From Planctomycetaceae bacterium (GTDB lineage: Bacteria > Planctomycetota > Planctomycetia > Pirellulales > PALSA-1355), in NCBI GenBank assembly GCA_003153375.1, contig PLYM01000174.1, forward strand, positions 15,007-79,006: a stretch of DNA of 64,000 bases, read 5' to 3'. The first letter of the stretch is position 1. Each line of letters opens with the position of its first letter. Shown here in pieces: positions 9,565-18,000 of this stretch. The notes under the pieces are model-generated. The model saw only the letters and a program-made list of their open reading frames with translations, was not told the DNA's origin and made no database searches. The position numbers and the translations under genes are program-made.

Positions 9565-12378
9565 TTGATGCGCCCCGCCTGTGGCAGTCCGTGCGGCGAA
9601 CGATCGGTCCGGCAAGTTTCGGAAGCATCATCCTTGGCGACTTACGATGAGGCGATCGCACGAGCTCGGCAACACCTCGGTGCCGGCGATCTGAGCTCGG
9701 CCGAAGTCATTTACCGCCGCGTGCTCGAAGCAGTGCCCCGGGCGGCCGAGGCCTGGCACGAGCTGGGCATCGTGCTACTGCAAACGGACCGTGGCGACGA
9801 GGCGGCCCCCTGCTTGCGGCAAGCCGTGGGGCTGGCGCCATCGACCACGATCTTCCACGTCAACCTGGCGGCGGCATATCGAATGCTCCGCCGTCCCGAG
9901 GAAGCGATCGCCAGCTATCGGCAGGCGTTGCAGCTGGGACCTCCCACGGCCGAACTTCTGAATAACTTTGCCCTGGCGCTGAAAGACTTCGGCCAGGCAG
10001 AAGCCGCACTCGAAGCATTCGACCAAGCGCTCAGCCTGCGACCCGATTATGCGAACGGGCATTTCAATCGCGGAAACCTGCTGCTGGACCTGGGCCGGTT
10101 GGATGCGGCCTCGGAGAGTTATCGCCGGGCGATCGACCTGGTGCCGAGCGATGCGTTTGCCCATTGCAAATTGGGGATGGTTTATTTCGAGCAGTCGGCG
10201 CCGGAGGATGCGGACTCGACCGAGACCCGTGCCTCGCGCAACGAACGGCTGACTGAGGCCGTGGTTTGCTTCGAGCGCGCCGTACACTTGCAGCCTGACT
10301 ATGTCGAAGCCGTGGTGAACCTGGCGGTAGCCCATGAACGGGCGGGGCGCTGGACCGCCGCGGAACATTGTTGGCGGCGGGTGCTGGAATTGAATCCAGC
10401 GCAGGCGGCGGCGCATGCCAGTCTGGCCGCGATTTTGGAGCGGCAAGACCGAATCGAGGAGGCTGTGGTCGAATGTCGGCGAGCGCTGGAGTTGCAACCC
10501 GATTTCCCCGAGGCTCTGAGCAACTTGGGCACCTTGCTTTCCAAGCAAGGCCACGGCGAGGCGGCCGCGGAGTGTTGGCGGCGGGCGATTGAATTACAAC
10601 CGGAGTTTGTGGCGGCCTACAACAATCTCGGCGGGTGGCTCAGCCACCAGGAACATTGGGACGAAGCAGCAGCCTGTTATCGCCGGGCAATCGACCTCCA
10701 GCCGGAATCGGCCGACGGGCACGGCAACCTGGCGGGCGTGCTGGCCAGGCAGGACAAGCCCCTTGAGGCTCTTGCCGAATATCGGCGGGCGCTGGAGCTG
10801 CGGCCCAATTTTCCCGAGATGTACAACAACCTGGGCGGCGTCTTGGAGGCCGTGGGCAAATTCGACGAGGCCATCGAGTGCTGCCGGCGTGCCGTGGAAA
10901 TGAAGCCCGATCTGGCCGCGGCTCGTGGCAACCTGGGAATGCTGCTGTCGGGGCAGGGCAGGGTGGATGAGGCGCGAGCGTGTTATGAACAAGCGATCGC
11001 GATCGAACCGCTCGAGCCCGCCTGGAAGCTGAATCGACTGACGTTGTGCCCGACGGTGTTTGCCAGCAACCGTGAGATCGACGACTATCGGCGACGCTTG
11101 CTCGAAGAATTGGCCCTGTTCGACATCGGCGGGCTGGATCGTGATTTTCCGAACCGGGCGACGGCGGGTTGCATGCCGGCATTCAACTGGCAATTCCACG
11201 GACGCAACGATCGTCCACTGCGAGAAGCCTATGCCCGGCTGTTTCGGGGCTGCTTTGACCAGGAGACCGCGCCGGGTTCGTCCGGCAGGCCGCGCGTCGG
11301 CATGGTGGTCACGCATGCGCATGAAGGCGCGTTCGCTCGCTCTCTGGGTGCGGTGCTCGAGCGGATGGATCCCCAGCGGTTCGAACTGGTGATCATCGGA
11401 CCCGAGCGCGGCGTGGGCACGCTACGCTCGGCGATCCGCGGTGAGCACGTCCGCATCGTGGGCGTCGCGAATCAGCTCGAACGGTTCGTGGCGGCGATCC
11501 GCGCGGAACAGCTCGACGTGGTCTACTATTGGGAAGTGGGCACCGATCCGGTGAATTACTTCCTGCCGTTTCATCGGCTGGCCCCCGTGCAGTGCACTTC
11601 GTGGGGAATTCAGGTCACCTCAGGCATTCCTCAGCTGGACTACTACTTGTCGAGCGCGCTGGTCGAGCGCGACGACGCGCAACAGCACTACACCGAAAAA
11701 CTGATGCTGGCCGACACGCTGCTCACGTTTCAACGGCGCTCGGCGCGGCAGGGACCGGTTCTGCAGCGCGAGGCGTTTGGCATCCAGCGTGACCGGCATG
11801 TTTATTTGTGCGCGCAGCAATTGGGAAAGTTTCAGCCCGATTTCGATCCGATCCTGGCCGGCATCCTGCGGCGCGACGAACAAGGCCTGGTGGTGGTCAC
11901 CGGCGATCGTCAGGGGGGGCCGATTGCAAACATGCTGCGCCGACGATTTGAGTCTGCAATGCCCGATGTCGTCGAACGGATCGTTTTTTTGCCGATGCAG
12001 CCGACGGGCGAGTACTTGAATCTTGTGGCCGCGGCCGACGTGCTGCTCGATCCGTTGCACTTCGGCGGCGTGAACTCGAGCTACGACGGGTTTTCGCTGA
12101 ACCAGCCGATCGTCACGCTTCCCTCGGCCTTTCAACGCGGCAGGTATACGCTGGGGTGCTACCAGAAGATGGGGGTCTTCGACTGCGTGGCGACCGACGC
12201 CGAGCACTATGTCGATATCGCGGTTGCCTTGGGCACCGATTCGAGTCGCCGCGCCGAGGTCGTCCAAAAGATTCGCGGCGCGAGCGACGCGCTGTTCGAA
12301 GACCACTCGGCCGTCATGGAGCACGAGCGGCTTTATGGTGAATTGATCGAGCTTGCTCGCGAGCAGCGGAATTCCTGA
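9565..12378 (+). CDS. TPR + GT41 O-GlcNAc-transferase-like protein, paralogue 2
   Basis: 937 aa, collinear with paralogue 1 over its whole length (ATYDEAIARARQHLGAGDL..., YYWEVGTDPVNYFLPFHRLAPVQCTSWGIQVTSGIPQLDYYLSS, QQLGKFQPDF). Confidence 0.85.
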   Translation: MMRPACGSPCGERSVRQVSEASSLATYDEAIARARQHLGAGDLSSAEVIYRRVLEAVPRAAEAWHELGIVLLQTDRGDEAAPCLRQAVGLAPSTTIFHVNLAAAYRMLRRPEEAIASYRQALQLGPPTAELLNNFALALKDFGQAEAALEAFDQALSLRPDYANGHFNRGNLLLDLGRLDAASESYRRAIDLVPSDAFAHCKLGMVYFEQSAPEDADSTETRASRNERLTEAVVCFERAVHLQPDYVEAVVNLAVAHERAGRWTAAEHCWRRVLELNPAQAAAHASLAAILERQDRIEEAVVECRRALELQPDFPEALSNLGTLLSKQGHGEAAAECWRRAIELQPEFVAAYNNLGGWLSHQEHWDEAAACYRRAIDLQPESADGHGNLAGVLARQDKPLEALAEYRRALELRPNFPEMYNNLGGVLEAVGKFDEAIECCRRAVEMKPDLAAARGNLGMLLSGQGRVDEARACYEQAIAIEPLEPAWKLNRLTLCPTVFASNREIDDYRRRLLEELALFDIGGLDRDFPNRATAGCMPAFNWQFHGRNDRPLREAYARLFRGCFDQETAPGSSGRPRVGMVVTHAHEGAFARSLGAVLERMDPQRFELVIIGPERGVGTLRSAIRGEHVRIVGVANQLERFVAAIRAEQLDVVYYWEVGTDPVNYFLPFHRLAPVQCTSWGIQVTSGIPQLDYYLSSALVERDDAQQHYTEKLMLADTLLTFQRRSARQGPVLQREAFGIQRDRHVYLCAQQLGKFQPDFDPILAGILRRDEQGLVVVTGDRQGGPIANMLRRRFESAMPDVVERIVFLPMQPTGEYLNLVAAADVLLDPLHFGGVNSSYDGFSLNQPIVTLPSAFQRGRYTLGCYQKMGVFDCVATDAEHYVDIAVALGTDSSRRAEVVQKIRGASDALFEDHSAVMEHERLYGELIELAREQRNS

Positions 12379-14811
12379 TTGGTGACTCGCTCATTTTGCG
12401 AAAGTGCGGCCGTGGCCACTTACGAAAAAGCGATTTCGCGGGCTCGAGAGGTTCTTGGCGCTGGCGATTTGCCTCAGGCCGAGGCCATTTATCGGCGGAT
12501 TGTCGTAGCCGTGCCGCAGGCCGCCGAGGCCTGGCACGAACTGGGCCTTCTGCACCTGCAAACGGGCCGTGAGCAGGGCGCCGTTGAGTATTTGCACCAG
12601 GCCGTGTCGTTGGCTCCCCGCGAGGCGGGGTACGCCGTCAACCTGGCCGCGGCGTATCGGCGGATCGGCCGGCCACATGAGGCACTGGCGATGGTCGAGC
12701 GGGCGTTGAGACTCCGCCCTGACTTTGCCACGGGGCACTTCAATCGCGGCAATCTTTTGTTCGATCTCGATCGATTCGCCGAGGCAGCTGCAAGTTATCG
12801 CCGCGTCGTCGAGCTACTTCCCAATGACGCGGTCGCCCACTGCAAGCTTGGCCTTGCTCATTTGGAGCTAAGCCGGGATGACCTTGCAAAAACAGCCGGC
12901 CCCGTTCGGCTCGATCGATCCGCACCGGTATTGCGTCGAGAGCATCTTGAGCAAGCCACGAGATGCTTTCGGCTCGCCAGCCAGCTACAGCCGGAATATG
13001 CCGAGGCCTTTGGCAATCTGGCGATTGCCCTGACGGATGAAGCCGATTTGGCCGAGGCCAATGGCAAGGACGATTCGGCGCGCTTGCACGAGGCAGCCGA
13101 CTGCTGGGGACGGTCGTTGGAATTGCAGCCCGGCAGCGCCCAATCGCATGCTTGTCTGGCGGCGGTGTTCGAAAAACTGGGTGACTTCGCCGCGGCGATC
13201 GCTAGCTGGCGTGCCGCGATTGAACTCGATCCGACCTTCGCCGAGGCGCACCATAACCTGGGCGTGCTGCTTTCCAAGCAAGGGCGACTCGATGACGCGG
13301 CGGCTTGTTGGCAACGGGCACTGAATCTCAAGCCCGAGTTTGCCGACGCTTGGGGTAATCTGGGCGTTCTGTTCTCGCAACAAGGACGGATTGCCGAAGC
13401 CAGGCAGTGTTTCCAGAGGGGTCTGGAACTCCAACCCGATCAGGCCGCGTGGCGACTGAACATGATCTCCCTTTGTCCGCCCGTTTTTGAGAGTCGCGAG
13501 CGAATTGCCGAGTATCGTCGCACGTTGCTGGATGAGTTGAAGTCGCTCGGCGATAGCCAACCCGATTTGGATCTGGCGGCGTTGGCGGCAGGGGCTTGTA
13601 CGCCGTCGTTTAATCTCCAGTTTCACGGAATCGATGAACGCCCGACCCGCGAGGCCTACGCCAGGATCTACAGCCGCCGCTTTCCCAGTGAGACCCCACG
13701 CGGCACGGCGGGACGAAGGCGAATCGGATTTGTCGTCACCGATCAACATGAGACCCTGTTCATCAGGTCGCTGGGTGCCGTACTCGAGCGTCTGGATTGC
13801 AATCGATTCGAGCTTGTTGTCATCGGCTCAGAGCGCGGAACGAGCACCCTTCGATCGGGGATCGCAAACGAGGCAATCCGTTATCTCGGTGTGCCACATC
13901 GCCTCGACCGTTACGTCGCGGCAATTCGCTCGGCGCAGGTTGATCTCCTTTATTATTGGGAAGTCGGCACCGATAGCCTCAACTATTTCCTGCCGTTCCA
14001 CCGGCTCGCTCCCGTTCAGTGCACGTCTTGGGGAATTCAAGTCACCTCGGGCATCCCGGCCTTGGACAACTACCTTTCGAGTTCACTGGTCGAACCTGCT
14101 GACGCGCCGTCTCACTACACCGAGCAGCTTGTGCTCGCCGACACGTTGTTGACCTATCAACGGCGCGTGGAAATGGACGGCCCGTTGAGACAGCGCGAGT
14201 CATTTGGAATCGGGCCCGATCGGCACCTATATCTCTGTGCGCAGCAGCTAGGAAAATTTCATCCCGACTTCGATGCCATTCTGGCCGGCATTCTCCGGCG
14301 CGACGCCCAGGGCACGGTCGTGGCCACGCACGATCGGCGCGGCACGGTTGTCGCCGAGGAGTTGCGACGCCGGCTGATCGTTCAGATGCCCGACGTCGCC
14401 GATCGCGTCGTGTTTCTCCCCTTTCAGGCACCGCGCGAGTACTTGAGTCTGATCGTGGCCGCGGACGTGTTGCTCGATCCGTTGCACTTCGGCGGCGTGA
14501 ATTCGACCTACGACGGCTTTTCGTTGAACCAGCCAATCGTCACCCTGCCCTCGGCCTTTCAACGAGGCCGTTACACCCTGGCGTGCTACCAGAAGATGGG
14601 CCTGGACGAGTGCGTCGCGGTTGACGCCAGCCACTACATCGACATGGCCGTGCGATTGGCTTGCGACGCGGATCATCGGCGGGCAGTCGTCGAGCGAATT
14701 CGCCGGGCGAGTGCCGTGCTCTTCGAGGACGTGCAAGCCGTCCGCGAGCACGAGCGCATCTTTAGCGAGCTCATTGAACGCTCTCATTCTCTCAGTCGCA
14801 CGAGCGTCTAG
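12379..14811 (+). CDS. TPR + GT41 O-GlcNAc-transferase-like protein, paralogue 3 (shorter TPR array)
   Basis: 810 aa. It starts directly after the stop of paralogue 2 (TTG 12379 or GTG 12382). Same C-terminal catalytic region (YYWEVGTDSLNYFLPFHRLAPVQCTSWGIQVTSGIP, QQLGKFHPDF). Several TPR units present in paralogues 1 and 2 are missing. Confidence 0.85.
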   Translation: MVTRSFCESAAVATYEKAISRAREVLGAGDLPQAEAIYRRIVVAVPQAAEAWHELGLLHLQTGREQGAVEYLHQAVSLAPREAGYAVNLAAAYRRIGRPHEALAMVERALRLRPDFATGHFNRGNLLFDLDRFAEAAASYRRVVELLPNDAVAHCKLGLAHLELSRDDLAKTAGPVRLDRSAPVLRREHLEQATRCFRLASQLQPEYAEAFGNLAIALTDEADLAEANGKDDSARLHEAADCWGRSLELQPGSAQSHACLAAVFEKLGDFAAAIASWRAAIELDPTFAEAHHNLGVLLSKQGRLDDAAACWQRALNLKPEFADAWGNLGVLFSQQGRIAEARQCFQRGLELQPDQAAWRLNMISLCPPVFESRERIAEYRRTLLDELKSLGDSQPDLDLAALAAGACTPSFNLQFHGIDERPTREAYARIYSRRFPSETPRGTAGRRRIGFVVTDQHETLFIRSLGAVLERLDCNRFELVVIGSERGTSTLRSGIANEAIRYLGVPHRLDRYVAAIRSAQVDLLYYWEVGTDSLNYFLPFHRLAPVQCTSWGIQVTSGIPALDNYLSSSLVEPADAPSHYTEQLVLADTLLTYQRRVEMDGPLRQRESFGIGPDRHLYLCAQQLGKFHPDFDAILAGILRRDAQGTVVATHDRRGTVVAEELRRRLIVQMPDVADRVVFLPFQAPREYLSLIVAADVLLDPLHFGGVNSTYDGFSLNQPIVTLPSAFQRGRYTLACYQKMGLDECVAVDASHYIDMAVRLACDADHRRAVVERIRRASAVLFEDVQAVREHERIFSELIERSHSLSRTSV

Positions 14812-15116
14812 CGCAACGGCAATAGCACGTCACGTCGTTCTCGTGCTCGCACGAATGTGTTCCGCAAGGGCCCATTTCTTGCGCAATTGCGCACTCGGCG
14901 GCCCGATATTCTCGCGCTGGTGTGAACGATTCTTGCAACCTGCCCGGTCCACGTTCTCATCGCGAATTGCCTGACCGGAATAAGAACAACAGCGATTGGA
15001 TGGAATCGTCCAAAAGGGTGAAAAATTCGTAGACGGCTGGAGGCTCACATGGCCATAATCCGATTGTCGTTTTTTCCGTTTAGGGCTGAACGGAAGACGA
15101 TCATTTCCCTTCTCCA

Positions 15117-17816
15117 TTGCATGACGCATCCATGGCAAACGTGACAGACTCTAATTTCTGGCCACCGATTCCGTTTTCTGACACCGAGCACGCGACGCAG
15201 TCGACGCCGACTTCGCGTGCGCCGGCCGATGGACGCGGCAACGATGTTTGGCAAGTCGCGGAGCGCAGCACGATTGAGTCGCAACCCGCGATCGCGGCGC
15301 TGGCGATGGCCGTGCGCCATCTGTTCGACCATCACGGCGACCGCGTTGTCTGGAATGAACCACGGTCCAGCTCGGACGAGTCGCCGGCGAGCGATCCGTT
15401 CGTGCGATTCGATCCCCCACACGGTCCCGACGCACCCGCCGCGCCGGTTGGGCCCACCGTTCCGGCTGCGCAGGAGCATAGCGCGCGTGAGGCGACGCCG
15501 TGGCTGGTGATTGTCGATCGATTGGGTGAACTATTCAGCGCGGGTCGCTTTTTGCAGTTGCAAGAAGCCCGTCGGCAGACTTCGCAACTTCTGGTCATTG
15601 CTTACGACATACCGGGAGCGCCCGCCGGCGCAATCTCTCCCGATGAAACGATCTCTCGCCAGTTGGACGACCTGGTTGGCCAGTTAGGTTGCGACTATGT
15701 CGGTCCCATGGCGGGCCGCGACCTGTCATCGCTGGTCGACGTGTTGGACCGAATCAAGCGGGATGGCCGCCCGACGCTGCTGCATCTGCAGACGTCGACC
15801 AGCAACCGCGGCGCAGCGCGGCCTGTTGACGTGGTGACACCCACCGAGCCGAGCGTCGACGCGCGCGAAGTCGGAGTGGCCGAGTCGCTGCGCAATTTCG
15901 CCAGTCAGGAACTGGCCACTCTGGCACGGCGCGACGAGCGGATCGCGCTCGTTTCGACTAGCTCAACGGCCGAATTCGTGCGACCGTGGGAAGCCCTGGG
16001 CGAACGCCTGTTTCCCGTGGGCGCCGACGCGCCTTCGGCTCTACGTTGGAGCGCCAGTTTGGCCGCCAGCGGAATTCGACCCTTTGTATTTCTGTCCTGG
16101 GAGGAGGCTCAAAACGGCTTTGGGCCGATTCGTCAGGACATCTGCCTGCGCGGGGCAGCGGTTACGCTGATCATCGAGGCCCGGGATGATGCGAATCTGA
16201 AGCCCCCGTTCTCTTCGGCCGGGCTGGCTGGAATTCGCCAGTTGCCGAACGTCTGCTTGCTCTCGCCCAAGGACACGCTCGAGTTGCGGCAGATGCTCTC
16301 CTGGTGCGCGTCGCAATCGGGACCGGCGGTGGTTTGGCTGCCGCAGGACTACGACTCCCAATGGGGCTGGACAAGCGGTGCGGAAGTCACGCGCGGCCGA
16401 GCGCAACAACTGTCGGAAGGTGGCGACGTGGCCATCGTGGCCTGGGGGCCGATGGTCGAGGCAGCCGCGTTGGCTGCCGACCGTCTGGCGGTCGAGGGCA
16501 TCCGAGCCGCGGTGCTCAATGCGCGTTTTGCGCAACCGCTGGACGTCGAGACGATCGGCCGCGTCGTCCGCGGCGCCCTGTGCGCGGTGATCGTATCCGA
16601 CGCGGACGAGCAAGGGGGCTTTGGCGGCTGGGTGCTGGAGCGATTATTGGCGCTGGGGATCACGCAACCCGTGTCGATCGTGGCGCCGCCCGAAAGTGCG
16701 AATCGGCAACGCCCGCACGAAGCGCAGGAATTGTGTGCGCGGACCCTCGTCGAGCGCTGCCGCTGGTTGGCGGCGCCGATTATGCCCGACGTGACGATCG
16801 AGCCGGCTGCACCGCCGGTCGAGCTTAAGTCGGCACCGGATAAATGGTTGGAATTCCGCTCCACCCGCGCCGACAGCATGGCCGACGAACGGGCGCAAGT
16901 CTATGCCCGGCAACTATCTTCGGACGTTTGGCGGTGGGTCCGGGCGTACGAGAAAGTCGGGTCGCGTGACCTATATTTGTGGAAATGGTGCATGCATGGA
17001 GTTGCGCTTACGACGCTGCCTTGCGTCGAGCCCGAGCTGCGCGCGCATGTGTGCGACACGAAATTGCTGTCGATCGTTTTGTGCGTTCTGTTGGACGATG
17101 TCGCCGATCAGCATGGCGATGGCCGACTGCTGGAAGCGTTGCTGGAGATGACATGCACGGGAGCGTCTCGCTCGCTGCGAGGATTGAGCGCGGCCGCCAA
17201 GCGGCACGCGGAAGTGACGCGCCACGTCTGGTCGGAATACCAGGCGCGCATTGCCACCTATCCGCGGCGCGCGACCTTCGAGCCGGTGTTGCGCTTCGAC
17301 CTGTTGCAATTCTTCAACACGATGCGCTACTCGCACCTGGTCAACAGCCGTCCGTACCTGCTGAACATGGCCGAGCACGATCTGTACACCTCGCACAACA
17401 TGATGATGGTCAGCTTTTCGACGCTCGACTTGATGTGCAGCCCCGACTTTCCGGCGGCCGAAGTGGGTTTGCTGCGCGAGGCGATGTGGCATGCGCAATG
17501 CATGGGCCGCATCGGCAACTTGCTGAGCACCTGGCGGCGCGAGCTGGCCGATCGCGATTTCACCAGCGGGCTCTTCGCCCGCGCGGTGATGGAAGGCGAC
17601 CTGACGCTCGAGGAGTTGGAGCACGGCAACCTGGCCAAGATCGAGTCCACGATTCGTCTGAAGGGGCACGAGTCGCATTTCTATCGCAAGTGGATGGATC
17701 ATCGCGAACTGTGCCATGCACGAGCCCGGCGGATTCGCTCGTACGACATGCAGAACGTAATGGACGGACACGATCGGTTTTTTGCCATGCACATGGGAAG
17801 TCAAGGTTTGATTTAA
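15117..17816 (+). CDS. Fusion protein: degenerate 1-deoxy-D-xylulose-5-phosphate-synthase-like (transketolase-fold) region + C-terminal class-I terpene-synthase-like domain
   Basis: 899 aa (TTG 15117; first ATG 15132). Residues ~55-590 are collinear with Dxs (GCDYVGPMAGRDLSSLVDVLDRIKRDGRPTLLHLQT; DVAIVAWGPMVEAAALAADRL...LNARFAQPLD). The ThDP motif GDG..NDN reads VDR..AYD. The C-terminal ~300 aa carry DDVAD (res 660-664) and NLLSTWRRE (res 801-809). The coding call is solid; the functional call is an inference. Confidence 0.7.
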   Translation: MHDASMANVTDSNFWPPIPFSDTEHATQSTPTSRAPADGRGNDVWQVAERSTIESQPAIAALAMAVRHLFDHHGDRVVWNEPRSSSDESPASDPFVRFDPPHGPDAPAAPVGPTVPAAQEHSAREATPWLVIVDRLGELFSAGRFLQLQEARRQTSQLLVIAYDIPGAPAGAISPDETISRQLDDLVGQLGCDYVGPMAGRDLSSLVDVLDRIKRDGRPTLLHLQTSTSNRGAARPVDVVTPTEPSVDAREVGVAESLRNFASQELATLARRDERIALVSTSSTAEFVRPWEALGERLFPVGADAPSALRWSASLAASGIRPFVFLSWEEAQNGFGPIRQDICLRGAAVTLIIEARDDANLKPPFSSAGLAGIRQLPNVCLLSPKDTLELRQMLSWCASQSGPAVVWLPQDYDSQWGWTSGAEVTRGRAQQLSEGGDVAIVAWGPMVEAAALAADRLAVEGIRAAVLNARFAQPLDVETIGRVVRGALCAVIVSDADEQGGFGGWVLERLLALGITQPVSIVAPPESANRQRPHEAQELCARTLVERCRWLAAPIMPDVTIEPAAPPVELKSAPDKWLEFRSTRADSMADERAQVYARQLSSDVWRWVRAYEKVGSRDLYLWKWCMHGVALTTLPCVEPELRAHVCDTKLLSIVLCVLLDDVADQHGDGRLLEALLEMTCTGASRSLRGLSAAAKRHAEVTRHVWSEYQARIATYPRRATFEPVLRFDLLQFFNTMRYSHLVNSRPYLLNMAEHDLYTSHNMMMVSFSTLDLMCSPDFPAAEVGLLREAMWHAQCMGRIGNLLSTWRRELADRDFTSGLFARAVMEGDLTLEELEHGNLAKIESTIRLKGHESHFYRKWMDHRELCHARARRIRSYDMQNVMDGHDRFFAMHMGSQGLI

Positions 17817-18000
17817 GGATGCTCCGAAGAGCACCGAAACGCTTCCGCCGACGCGGGCGCATTCGGCGGCTGTCGAAGTGTTCTGGAGAGCGCACGGACC
17901 AGAGCCGGCGGTTGGTGCCGCCCGGGGCCCTGCTGGAGTGCACGCGGTCTGGCGTCCGGCGCTCGATCGGGAACAACGATTGCCTCGGCCTGGACCAACA

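Larger units (their letters stand above)
6708..14811 (+). repeat. Tandem triplication of a ~2.4-2.8 kb TPR-GT41 gene (diverged paralogues)
   Basis: The three consecutive ORFs are collinear at protein level throughout. They are recognisably similar at DNA level in the catalytic region (e.g. 8630-8760 vs 11525-11655 vs 13955-14085). Each copy itself contains many 34-aa TPR units. Confidence 0.85.

Noticed and set aside
17878-18000. 41-codon extension of the hybrid kinase ORF, and similar 5' extensions at 23411, 33665, 36965, 38109, 50787 and 62300
   Set aside because: In each case an internal start yields a signal peptide, first TM helix or zinc ribbon at the N-terminus. The upstream extension is Arg/Pro-rich and overlaps the neighbouring gene or intergenic promoter space.
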